A stretch of DNA of 63,998 nucleotides, counting the filler, from Sphacelaria rigidula (Eukaryota): NCBI GenBank assembly GCA_964200075.2. It is 4 parts of 4 records of this genome, joined end to end, with 100 filler letters (N's around TTAATTAATTAA, not from the genome) between each part and the next. Parts side by side here need not be neighbours in the genome. Positions count along the whole stretch, not along the records: positions 32,299 to 48,345 come from CAXNAA020001506.1; positions 48,446 to 63,998 come from CAXNAA020001701.1; 2 more parts are not named here. One strand, written 5' to 3'. The notes beneath the pieces were generated by a model, which saw only the letters and a list, made by a program, of their open reading frames with translations, was not told where the DNA came from and made no database searches. The position numbers and the translations under genes are program-made. Of this stretch, positions 42,101 to 53,700 are shown one piece after another. Every line of letters starts with the position of its first letter. Position 1 is the stretch's first letter.

Positions 42101-43949
42101 TTCCGGTCAGACTTATGGTATTTTGTTTTTGCGTAACTCAGATACCGGAGACGATCGATGATCCAGCTAGGAAGCCAGCTGCTGCTTCACTGGACTGTGG
42201 CTAGCCTCCTGGTAATACTGGTGGAAGAGTAATCGAACCACAGTCCCCAACGAGCAATGACGAAAAGGTGGAACGGCCCTTTCAAGAATACATGTAGAGC
42301 TAGATGTAGATACGTAGGATATGATTTGAGTTCCCACCAGTTGTGCGCAATGTTCGAATGTTTTTATCGATCGTATTTTTTTATCGCTTTTTGACGTTTC
42401 CGTGCCAAGCTGCTTGTGGAACTCGCTCCAAGTATGAAGGCTGGTTACACCGCACTCCTTTTTCGACCGGTCTGTGTTGCTCTCGTTACGTTTGTGCTGG
42501 ACAGATATGAATCGTCTATGCAGTACTTTCAATGTCACAACGTGAGACTCTATTGGCTACCTCAGTGAAGGAGTTATCATACTGCTGGACCAAAACACAC
42601 ACGCACACACATTTCCCCCCGATCTTTCTCATCGTAGAGTTGGCATTCATTTCTCGGTGTTCGTTTAGTCTACCCTGTTTGGGTGTGTCTGCTACAGCCC
42701 CCTCTCAATCTCATGAGGTATTCGCTGCTGTCAGATTTTCTAGTACACTGTTGTGCTGCTACACCCCTTCTCAATTTCATGAGTTGTTCCGTGTTGTTCG
42801 ATTTTCCGTCACACCCTCTCAATTTTCCGAGTTTTTGAGTGCGGTAAGGTTGCACATTTGCAGGTTGTGTGGTATTTTTGTGGGTGTTATTTCGAGTTAC
42901 CGTGTCTCCAGAGGTCGGCCTATTTGATTGGTCGCCGCGACTCGCTTACACCGGCGGTGGGACGTACGTTGGCGGCTGTGGTCTCGCCGTTTCGACCAGC
43001 CATGAACGCGGTGTGCACTAATTAGTGTACTCTCAAGATATTGGTCCGGCGCTGCCCCAAACTCCTCATCTCTCTACTCGATTAATTGTGCACATCACCG
43101 CTACTTCTCACCCAGTGCTGCACTTGGAGGGGGCGTGTCGACGAAGGAACTTGTTCTTGTTCATTTTTGTTTTGCTCGGTATGAGCGGTATGAGCGGTAT
43201 GAGCGGTGTGAGCGCCGTGGGCGCGGTTTTGCCGTGTGTTCGTTTTTTACATATGCTTTGTACCCTGTTACGACCACCGTCGAACGCGTGAGTTTGTTTC
43301 GAATCGGTGTCGCCATTGTAAATACAACTTCACTAGGACTGTACGGTGTGGTTACGTGCGAAGAGGGTCTTCCCCGGTTCCTCCCGAGGGATGTCAATGT
43401 CGTAGTTCTGTTGCCAAAGGTCCTCCGAAGCGAGGCTGATTTTCTCTCTTGAAATTCAGGGCAAGGATTGGCCGTAAAACGGGGTGGTAGGTAGCAGATA
43501 GAACTTGCACAGAAGATAGTTCCGGTGGCACGGTGGCTTTGTCATACTGAGCTCTTGATACCGGACATTACCGGTTTCCCAGGGTTCCGGAGATTCTTTT
43601 GTACAGGTCTGGGCGTTTTGGGGTCGCCGACTCATGTCACTGGCGCGCCAGTTTCCTGTCACATACTCATCACCGGTTTGTATGTGTTTGATACAGGTGT
43701 TCAATATGGTCGTACGTTACGTGGCTTCCGCATATGGGTATTTTACTTCCTGTGCACTTTCTTTGCACACACTATAATATATCGTTTTTTTTTTCCTTCT
43801 CCTTCCCTCGGCAAATGAACTACTCGAGTCACCTTCACGGAGTTGAGGTATATGTTGACGTCTTCAAATTGCTTGAGCAGGAAGAAGCACGATGCCATGC
43901 ACTGTCGACCGGGAATCGTGTCGCATTCGCTGGCCGACGCTCCAACAAG
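32433..43949 (-). CDS. IFT56: Intraflagellar transport protein 56 (TTC26/DYF-13), last six exons; 5' part not found in this contig
   Basis: Exons 43949-43833 ([39 protein letters not shown]), 40763-40615 ([14 protein letters not shown]...YCYISWLT), 38353-38242 ([38 protein letters not shown]), 37113-37003 ([37 protein letters not shown]), 36459-36385 ([25 protein letters not shown]), 32492-32433 ([19 protein letters not shown]). All introns GT-AG; closely follows the TTC26 C-terminal half. Confidence 0.95.
34562..34981. mobile_element. MITE with long TIRs
   Basis: AACAGTGGATTCTC...CCGTGCTTTCCCTGA...TCATGACAAATGACTTTCAT...CACCCCAT is mirrored by ATGGGGTG...ATGAAAGTCATTTGTCATGA...TCAGGGAAAGCACGG...GAGAATCCACTGTT. 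Confidence 0.8.
35187..35627. mobile_element. Foldback MITE (~440 bp, almost entirely palindromic)
   Basis: AACAGCC...GGATGGAGCTTT...GATGAGAACCC...AAATCTTCGAAATATGGTTCCATTCCTTCACCTACT is mirrored by AGTAGGTGAAGGAATGGAACCATATTTCGAAGATTT...AAAGCTCCATCC...GGCTGTT; second copy at 44953. Confidence 0.85.
40030..40335 (+). mobile_element. tRNA-headed SINE-like repeat, family A
   Basis: Head GCCGCGCCCCGGTGG with A-box-like sequence, B-box GGTTCGATTCC, conserved tail AAATGTAAGGC...GGGAGATGGGTTGGTCCCTCGAGACCACGGACTCATCCCGAGGG. Confidence 0.7.
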
Positions 43950-44334
43950 CTACCGCGAAGCAACCGTCAGCAACAGCAGGGGGAGCACGAGCACGAACAC
44001 GTTTCGTCCCGAAGCACGCACGAACGGGTACTGGTTGAGGGCAAGAGGCAATCGTTGATTATGATCGGTTGATTGTCGCACATTAACTGATCCCCGGTCA
44101 CGAGATAAACAATGAATGAAGATATACACAAAGAAGGGTTTCGGCGGCTTACGCCGCCACGCTCCACGGATTGAATTCCGAGACACATGGGAACTGACGG
44201 TGGTATGCGACATTATGCTGTTACAGCGCAGTACATCAATGCACCGTTGATGAAACATATCCAGCCACAGACTCCACAGCTTGTGGTGTACAGCCGCACG
44301 GTCCTGTACTGACTGCAGCGTGTCGTTGAGACAC

Positions 44335-44900
44335 CACACACGCACCAACCAGCACGCAAACATACACAACGATATCTGAGCGAACCGAGCAAATCGTGGT
44401 CATTTTGCTTTTCGGGGCAGCGCAAAAAACACAGCGAATGGAACGCATCTCAACACCGAAGGGCCAACGATCTCCTCTTGAACAAATGTCTGACTTTTTA
44501 TGCCTGGTTTTCAACTGAAAATGATCCCGGTTTTACAATTTTGAAAACCAAGCGAGGTGTGGCCAGTCAGCGCTCGGGACATGACATAAGAGAACACACT
44601 CTAACATCGAGTAAAAGACGACGCCACACATCCACCAGCACGCAAACATACATAACGATATCTGAGCGCACTGAGCAACTCTCAATCGTTGTGCTTTCCG
44701 GGACAGCGCACAGCGCATCGAACGGAACGCATCACAACGCCAAAGGGTTGACCCTGTTCTGACGGATCGTATCTTCTGTTGCTTCCTCCGGTTCTCAGGT
44801 GAAAATCATGCCGATTCCACCTGTTTGAAAGTCAAACGAAAGGTGGCCTGTCAGCCCCCAAGGCATGACAGTGACAAAACGCACTCTAAAATCAAGAAAA
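44335..44900. repeat. Two diverged ~285-bp tandem units
   Basis: ACCAGCACGCAAACATACA.AACGATATCTGAGCG at ~44348 and ~44633; GTGGCC.GTCAGC and CACTCTAA.ATC also recur. Confidence 0.7.
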
Positions 44901-44952
44901 GACTAAATGGCTGTCTGTCAGGGCTCCAGAAATAGAAATTGTTGGCGTGTCA

Positions 44953-45388
44953 GCAAACAGCCAATCGTCAAAATAGAGGATGGAGCTTTCCATTGAGGAT
45001 GAGAACGCAGAGGATTAAAATCTTCGTATCCACACCAAATCTTCGAAATATGGTTCCATTCCTTGACCTACTGGTGGCTAGTGACACTGCCACTATACAC
45101 GCCCTACGAATTTGGATTTCGATAGCCGAAATGTTGAGGTTCTAGATGAAGAAAGTTCAGGTGATCCGATCTTATCGCCGAAATTCTCCCAAACTGTTTT
45201 TTCACCTGGGACCCCAAGGTTTCCGTTATTCACAATTGTGAGACGTGTAGTACTTGTCAATAGCTACCAGTAGGTGAAGGAATAGAATCATATTTCGAAG
45301 ATTTTGTGTGGATATGAATATTTGAATCCTCCGGGTTCTCATTCTCAATGAATAACTCCATCCCCAATCTCAATGATTGGCTGTTTGC
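44953..45388. mobile_element. Foldback MITE, same family as 35187-35627
   Basis: GCAAACAGCCAATC...GATTGGCTGTTTGC termini, same internal arms. Confidence 0.85.
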
Positions 45389-46794
45389 AGCCCAGAGAAA
45401 TTTCTTGCTGAATTGTCAGGAAAGAGGTAAATGATATAACCTCAATATTTTGCACGATATATACACACGCATATATATATATATATATATGTATTTGTTG
45501 TACATAACATTTCTGAACCTCTTTGGTTGCAATCCCCTTCCTTGGGGTGAGTCCGTAGTCTCAAGAGATGGTTCAACCAGTCCTGCGCCAGTGCCTGCGT
45601 GACAAATTATCAATCTTTCCCGTAGCCCGTTCGCTGACTTTCTCCGGATTGGAAAGTGGATGCATGGATACACTGCATGGACAGTATTCACAAAATTATC
45701 CCCACAAGGTTATTCTCGCCATTAAATAACCAGAGGTGTTTTTTATCGCCTTTATATAATGTATGACTGTTTCTTTATCGCCTTTATATAAGGCATGACT
45801 GGTTTTACACGCAACATGCATTTTGCCTCGTAGGTATACGTGTGCGCGGTAGGTTAACTTGCATAGGGAATGATTAATGCTAACGTCCAACCCCAAAGTA
45901 TCATCTATCTGTATAGGCCCCATGCTCCATATCGGTAGGTCTTCCTGTTGTTTAAATACACGTAAAAATGTGTGCATGTTCGGCGTCTTGTATGGTAGCT
46001 GTAACACCGTGGCGACGCATCTGGTATCAGTAGTACCTTGTGTTGAAATGTCTGACCGAGATGAAGCGTTTTGATGAACGAAGAAAACAGGCAAAGTGGC
46101 ATAATGAATCGTTTAATATCAGTATATTCCCGGTAGGAACAACAGATTCCGAGTAAAATGGCATAGACAATAATATACAACAATAATATACTTCAAGAAT
46201 TGAAAAAATAAAAAAAGATATTACAATATTACAATTCCCGACAAAAATATCACATCGATGAGTAAAGGAAGGTTGTTGTTCGATATCAAATTTAGTTATT
46301 AGTTATTAGTAGTATTGTTTTAGTCAATATCATTGACGTTATCCTGTACATCACTACGTATTGGTAGCACTATCACTAACAGTTTTCGAGACTAAGATCG
46401 TGACCTTTTTTCCGATCTCTGCAGACAGGACCCCGGGGCAGGTCCTGCCCGTGTTATCGTGGGCGGGTCTCGGAAAACAACGAAGTCATCTCGGTTGTGA
46501 ACGAGTATCTTCAGCAGCAGCTCCTTTCTTTGCTCAACGCTCTGCTTCCAGCTGCGACTCAGAACCGTCTCTTAGACGCTCTGTTGTCCCGATAGGGGAG
46601 CATATAGCTACACATGAATGCGCAATCTAGCCTTCGTTGGTATTTACTCACTGCATCAGTCTTTGGGGGGAAAAGTTTGTAGATCCAACCCCAGATATAG
46701 ATATGCCAGACGGGGAAAGTTTGGCGAGCGTGCTATTATTGTGGCACGCGCGGTATGTGCGGCACGGTAGATGTGTTTTGGAGATTCTGCAGCT

Positions 46795-47208
46795 ATGTAG
46801 GCATCAGCAATGACGTTGTCATCTTCTCACCCAACATCGTGCAGCTACTATATACTACAGTAGCAGTCAGTAATGTCAACGACTCTGCACAACCTAGTGT
46901 CACGGAAACCGCAGTCTATTACTAAGGGGGTGACTGGGATGCACTTTATTTCAAAAACACCGACAAAAATATGTTTGTCGTGTGCGGATAGGCTTCGGAT
47001 GATGTAGGCGTCAGCAATGACGTTGTCATCTTCTCACCCGACATCGTGCAGCTACTATATACTACAGCAGCAGTCAGTAATGTCAACGACTCTGCACAAC
47101 CTAGTGTCACGGAAACCGCAGTCTATTATTAAGGGGGTGACTGGGATGCACTTTATTTCAAAAACACCGACAAAAATATGTTTGTCGTGTGCGGATAGGC
47201 TTCGAATG
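46795..47208. repeat. Recent 207-bp tandem duplication
   Basis: Units 46795-47001 and 47002-47208 differ at only a handful of positions. Confidence 0.9.
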
Positions 47209-48345
47209 CTGGTCCTCTCGCTCTGGGGATTTCAAACTCTTCTTTTCAACAGCGTGACCGCTAGAAACGATACACGCGATCAGAGTCTAGGGCACGTGCC
47301 CTCAGATTTGAAAGGAATGGTGTTTGTGAGTGAAACATGCGGTTGTTTGTTCGTGGGAACTATTTATTCTATTTGGCATTATTGAACACGCGGTTAATCA
47401 CTTTTGATCTGGTGAAAAACTAGTTGATTCTCTTTATAAGCACATCTATATTTGAGTGATCGATAATGGTTTCTTCGAATCGAAAGGAGCATTCCAGTCC
47501 ATGAACGAATCCGAAAAAAACCAACAGGACGAATCGTTCTGTACTGACAGTCAGTGCAAGTAAATGCTCACGTTCTGGCCTTGATCTGTGCTACATCCAC
47601 TGTGCGACGATTTCCTGTGCAAGGACGCGGGCTCGACCCCTATTCGCGGCAGTATGGTGTGTGAGATTGCGCCAAAATGATGCTCCGCGTCGGTCATCTC
47701 TTTGAAAATATATGCAGTATCCTGTTTCTCACCACATATATTCGCGACTGCATGGTATTGCGTGTCGTAACTGCCCGCTCTCGTAACTCTTCCCGGTGGA
47801 CATATCTATATCTCGCACGATATGTCCAAATCGCTGTCCCAAAAGATAGACATGGTGAGTAAACAAAAACGCGGGCTAGTCTGTGCATCCACGCATAGCT
47901 CTGTGCTCCCAAACCGCGATAACAGAGCCCTCGAGGGATGATACTACGTCGCCGCTGGGGGCGTTGAACACAGGAAGAAGAACAGTCTACTGCTGAAGAA
48001 ACTGCTCCAAAAGCGAGATGACTTCGTTGTTTTTCGAAGTTGTCCCGGTCGCAAAAGAACCGTCAGGATCTGCCCCGGGATCGCTTCTGCAGGGGTTACG
48101 TCACGAAGGATAAGATGTGACAAGAGTTCACGATCTTAATCAATCTTACGCGGAGGTTGCCTATCGTCAATTTTCTCAGCCAACTGGTTTCACTGTTTTT
48201 TTGTATTGATTGTCGCACTTTAACTGACCCCCCAGGGGTCCACCCGTGGTCTCATGATAGACGTACTCAAGAAAAACGGAATTCAAAAACGCTCGAAGAA
48301 AAAAAAAAACAGAAAACAATAGGAACGGGGGAAAAAAAAAAAAAA

Positions 48346-48445
48346 NNNNNNNNNNNNNNNNNNNNNNNNNNNNNNNNNNNNNNNNNNNNTTAATTAATTA
48401 ANNNNNNNNNNNNNNNNNNNNNNNNNNNNNNNNNNNNNNNNNNNN
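48346..48445. other. Artificial contig linker
   Basis: Same 100-bp spacer. Confidence 0.97.
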
Positions 48446-48567
48446 CATTTTGTTCAAAGCCTTCACGCATGCGAGACCCATGGCGTTGAAACCTGCGGCA
48501 CCGCTGCCACGCGCGTCAGCCGTGGCTTACCACTAGTTATTATTATTACTATTATTATGATCATCAT

Positions 48568-48618
<51 letters not shown>

Positions 48619-48891
48619 CAGTAGTAGTATACACGTCACATTAGGTAGCGTCGAAGTGAACAAAGCTTATGTATTTGGCCCTACCTAGTTTGTCCATGTG
48701 ACTCCTTATGTCGGGTATCGGCCATGCTTCTCGAATCATATGCTTTCTCATTGTTAGACTGTGGGCTGCGCGAAACGGGGGCAGCTATCACTTCGAACCA
48801 CGTTTTACTGGTGATTTTCATGGCCTTGTACGTTTCTTGCCGATTCCTTGAGACTCATCTTCTTAACGAAATCATCAATGACTACTCGAGC

Positions 48892-50709
48892 TCAGTCATT
48901 GATGCGGGACGGCGACTTGTCAACCAATTTCATGTCAGACAGCAACGGCAACTCGGCTTGAGGGATGTAGAACTTTACGAGTTTATCCTGTGAAAACGGA
49001 AAGACGCTTCTATGTTTCGTCGCACAAAGATCGAAATATTGTGTGTGTTGTTCGTTGTCGAATGTAAAGTAATCACACGCCTTCTACAACACTTCCCCTG
49101 GTTCATCGCGACCTCTTGTTACCGATGCCTCATCTGTCACTGTGGGGTGGGCGACTCCTCAACTAATAGTGCTCGATAGATCTGTCTCATGAGTTCCCAT
49201 CTTTGAATTGTCATGTCTTTTTATACTGGGTTAGCTACCGGGGCCACGGCCGTACCTTGAGTATTGTTTGTCTACGGGTCCAGCGACCACAATCCATCTC
49301 CACACACTCTTTTCGTTCAGGTTGCTCCGTCTCTTCCAAGCTAGGAAAATCGTGGTGTGATCCGGCGCTACATCGCTCACCACACGAACTTCTTATTCGT
49401 GTCCGATCGCAGTATTGTCTTCATTGAGTTGATATAAAAGTACAGTTGCAGGTGCTGTTGTGTGACAATCGTATTTCTGTACACCCTGGACAGTACCATA
49501 TGTTTGCCGTACATATTAGTCCAGCATATTGATACATCGCGATTTATTGGGTCGCCCCGGTGGCTGAGTCAGTAACCTCGAAACCTCTTGACGGTTGGAT
49601 CGTGAGTTCGAATCTCGGAGCGATCTGGGATTATTTCTCACACAATGCCCATCAGTGGAGAGCGACTGTGTCGTGAGAACACAAAATTCGACTCAATGGT
49701 CGACGAGGGAAAGGAACTGCTGAGCCCCTCTCAACATGAAAAAGAAAGAGAAGCACCGCACAAGAAAGGTGGAAAACTAAATCAAACAGAATACAACAAA
49801 AGTTATGTGTTGTCCTTGGCCCTGTGTGACCCCGGCTGGTGCTCACACATATACCGAAAGGTGTAGACCGGCGTCTAGAATAGATGGGACGACAACCCAC
49901 ACACATTGCTGGCGCAATATTGGTACCCTTAGACTGCACACGTGTTGCCCGCCCAGTACACATATGTGTATATATACATATATATTGATACCGTGGGATT
50001 GCACACATGATGTCCAATCAGTATATCTTGGGGCCGTGTGGGTGAAGGTGTATTGCACGATCAATATATACTGGGGTAGCATAGGTGAGAACATATTGAC
50101 CAGTCAGATTATGTTGGGGCCGGCCAGCGTATCAGTATATATATCGGGGTGGCGTGTGATAGATATAACCCACCCGATATACCTTGGGTGGGCGCATCGA
50201 TGTCGAGTAAATATTCCACACCCTGGACAGTACAAGATGTTTCCAATATATATTAGTCGATCATATTGGAATTTTGCGATATATTGCCAGTGTAATATAT
50301 ATTGGTACCCTTATACTGCACATGTATTGCGCGCCCAACATACATTGATATCGTGAGACTGCATACATATTGCCCGCCCAATATATATTGGTGCTATTGG
50401 GTTGAACACATATTGTCCCATCAATACATATTGGGGCAGCGTGGGCGACAACATATTGCACGACCAATAGATATATATATATATAGTAGGGTCGCATTGA
50501 TGAGAACATTTTGACCGGTCAATATATATTGGGTCTGCGTGTGTGACAATGTATTGGCCGGTCAATATATATTAGATATTATAAGTATCGTGTACGCTCT
50601 AGGAGAGATCCAGACGCGATGGATGCCGGAGCCTGTGCAGATTGGGAAAAGCTTTAAAGGGAGCCGCAGAAGTTCGCGTGCATTACTGCGGAAAGTTGTC
50701 GAATGGGTT

Positions 50710-50740
<31 letters not shown>

Positions 50741-53700
50741 CTTGTTAAAAAGTATGGTGACAGAAGAGGCGACCCGGTAGATATACCTCCTGATACCTAT
50801 CTGGTCACTGGAGCGGGGCCGCCCATCCCTTTTCCAGCATGTAACATAAATATCTTGGCTAAACGTCACGACGACAGAAACGCGGGTCGATATACGCCTT
50901 TTGGTACCCCTGTGGTCACCGGGGCTGTGTTGCTTATACCCTGAACAATATAAATATAATATCTCCCAATATGATACCAATACTTTGTGTTGGAGCCAGC
51001 GCAAATATTGTCCTTTCAATAAATATTGTGTTGAGATGTCCTCGGAGATATTGAAGCAACAACATATATTGCTCGTGTCATAATCATGACGTAATGTATG
51101 TCAATATATATTGGACATGCAGTTGCTCCGAGAATGAAACATTCAATATATATTGTGCATGCCGGCCGTGTATGTATTGAAGTGTCAATATATATTGAGT
51201 CGAGGCGATGCGTAGCATATCGTTACCATAATATATATTGAACGCAAACCATGCAGAAGTATTGCTTTTCCAATATGTATTGCGCACACTGATCGGATAG
51301 CTATTGTGGCCAATATATATTGAACACGTTTGCGGAGGAATACATTGAGCATTTTCGGCATGTAAAATACGTCTTTGAATGGCGCCCGCGAACAAAGAAC
51401 TGCCCACTACACTAATTCCAATACAATTTCCAATCTATATGTTGAAAATCAATATATTTTGCTACATCAACATGAATTGTGACCGTCGGTTCCTTCGTGT
51501 ATTGTCCACCCAATGTATATTGGACGCATTGACGCACGACATATTGGGGCGGCAATATATATTGGCGCTTCGGGTGCCGAGTATATTGAATCGTCAATAT
51601 ACATTGACCTCGGGTGGCAGCAAATATATTACTCGATAAATAGATATTGGTGCCTTCTCGCACCAACATATTACTCGGCCAATATATATATTGAGGTGGC
51701 GCGTGTCGTGATATGTTGTTCGGTCGATATATATTGCATGTCGCGAGCCTTGATATATTGATGGAACAATATATATTGACCCTCTCTCGTGTCATCATAT
51801 TGCGCGCCCAATATATATTGACAACCCGACGCCTCGATATATTGAGCGGGCAATGTATATTACATGTTGTATTGTCCAGCGTGTGAAATATTCCATCGAA
51901 CCATATCATTCAAGTGATGTACTCTGCCGTGTCCTGAAGATCATCCCGTTCAACGCATCTCTCATACAGTGTAATTCAATAAGTAGATATTGGAATATTT
52001 TTTCGGCGTGCAGGATATTATACGAGAGCCATTTCGGACCATTCCGAGGAAAGAAAAATAGGCGGGAGTCATAGAGTCCGTCCCTTCGAGACATCTCGTA
52101 GTAATTTTTCCAGTAAAAGCGCTCCGATCCATGAGTTACCTGACCCGTTGGCCGTGAGGTTACGTTAGCTGATGAATCAGCATCACTTTTACTTGAAAAA
52201 TATGCCGCGATCCAGAGCCAGCGAACAAACCAGGAATGTTCGAGATATTTCAAATTCGAAGTTCTGGTATTTTTCACCTACATTACTGTTTAATATACCA
52301 GGAGCCTCGAGTTCGAGACACGTCTGTTGTGTACAAGGTTGTCAGCCTTCAGAGTATGTGCCGTTTTGCAGATGTCAGCTGTAAAGTAGTGAATGGCAGC
52401 CAGCTGCCCACGGAAAAAAAATACATGAGTGGCTCTAAGCTGTTCACGGGAAAACGTGTATCTGGAGGTCTCAGCCACCTACAGACCCCCCGCAACCCCC
52501 CTGCCTCTACCGCATACCACAGAAGAAAGGCAGCCGTTCGCGTCAGAACAAGAGAGTAAAAAACAGTAGACAATGGACGCAGTTTTTGAGTAAAGCTGGT
52601 CGGCCGACCGCTAATGGCAAGGATGATGGGTGGACAAGGTCAGACGACGGCGACAATTAACAACCGTGGGATCGCGCCCAAAGTACGATGGTTGTGTCGT
52701 CTTGCCGCGCCAAACGATTGCGGCAACAACCGTGTACCGGAGGCCAAGATGGCAATCGCCGACGTCGCGGTTCCGTAGGGACATCAGCTCTGCAAGGTCC
52801 CGCCAACCCTGAAGGCCATGCTACGAGTATGGCGTACGCTCTGAAAAAGACCCCGACGCATGTGTGCCGGAGCCCGTGCACATCGGGGAAAGCCTAAAAG
52901 GAAGCCGCAGACGTCCGCGCGCGTGGTTACCTGTAGATGTCGAAGGAGTTCAATCATAAATTGATCGAAGACGCGACCCGGTATATACGCCCTTCGATAC
53001 CTACGGCGATAGAACACGCGGGTCGATATGCCTTCTAGTACCCCCCTGGTTACCGGTGGTGTTGCTTATACACTGGACAATATAATATGTTCCAATATGA
53101 TACCAATACGTCACATTGAAAACAGCGCAAGTATTGTCCTCTCAATATATCTTGTGTTGGGATGTCCGCGGAGACATTGAAGCAATAAAACATATTGGAC
53201 ATCGGTTGCTTCGGGAAGAAAACGTTCAATATATACTGTTCGCGTCATCCATGTATGTATGGAAGTGTCAATATAACGAGTCGAAGCGTCAATATACTAA
53301 GCGTCAATATATAGAGTCGAAGCGGTGCGTAACACAGTGTTGCCATAATATATCTTGAACACAAACCATTCGACATTACTGTTCTTCCAATACATATCGC
53401 GCACGCTCATCGCAAAGCTATTGTGCAACCAATATATATTGGACCAGCTCGCGGAGGAACACATTGAGCATTTTCGGCATCTGGTGATACATCTTTCTAA
53501 TGACACCTGCGAACCTAGAACTGTCAAACATGCTAATTTCAATATACTTTCCTCATGTTTAATTTGCCGAATATATATATTGGGTGCATTGACGCACCAC
53601 ATATCGGGGCGGCAACATATATTGGCGCTTAGGCTGTTGAGTGTATTGAATTGTCAATATATACTAACTCCGTGTGGCAGACAATATATTGGCAATCTAT

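Noticed and set aside
425..43949. Functional cluster of FabG, CDC24-like, DUF4470-MYND and IFT56 (e.g. a ciliary module, since DUF4470 and MYND occur in dynein-assembly factors)
   Set aside because: The genes are on separate size-sorted contigs, so adjacency is artificial.
43950..48345. Search for upstream IFT56 exons
   Set aside because: No segment encoding the expected preceding TTC26 peptide was recognised; probably beyond the contig end.
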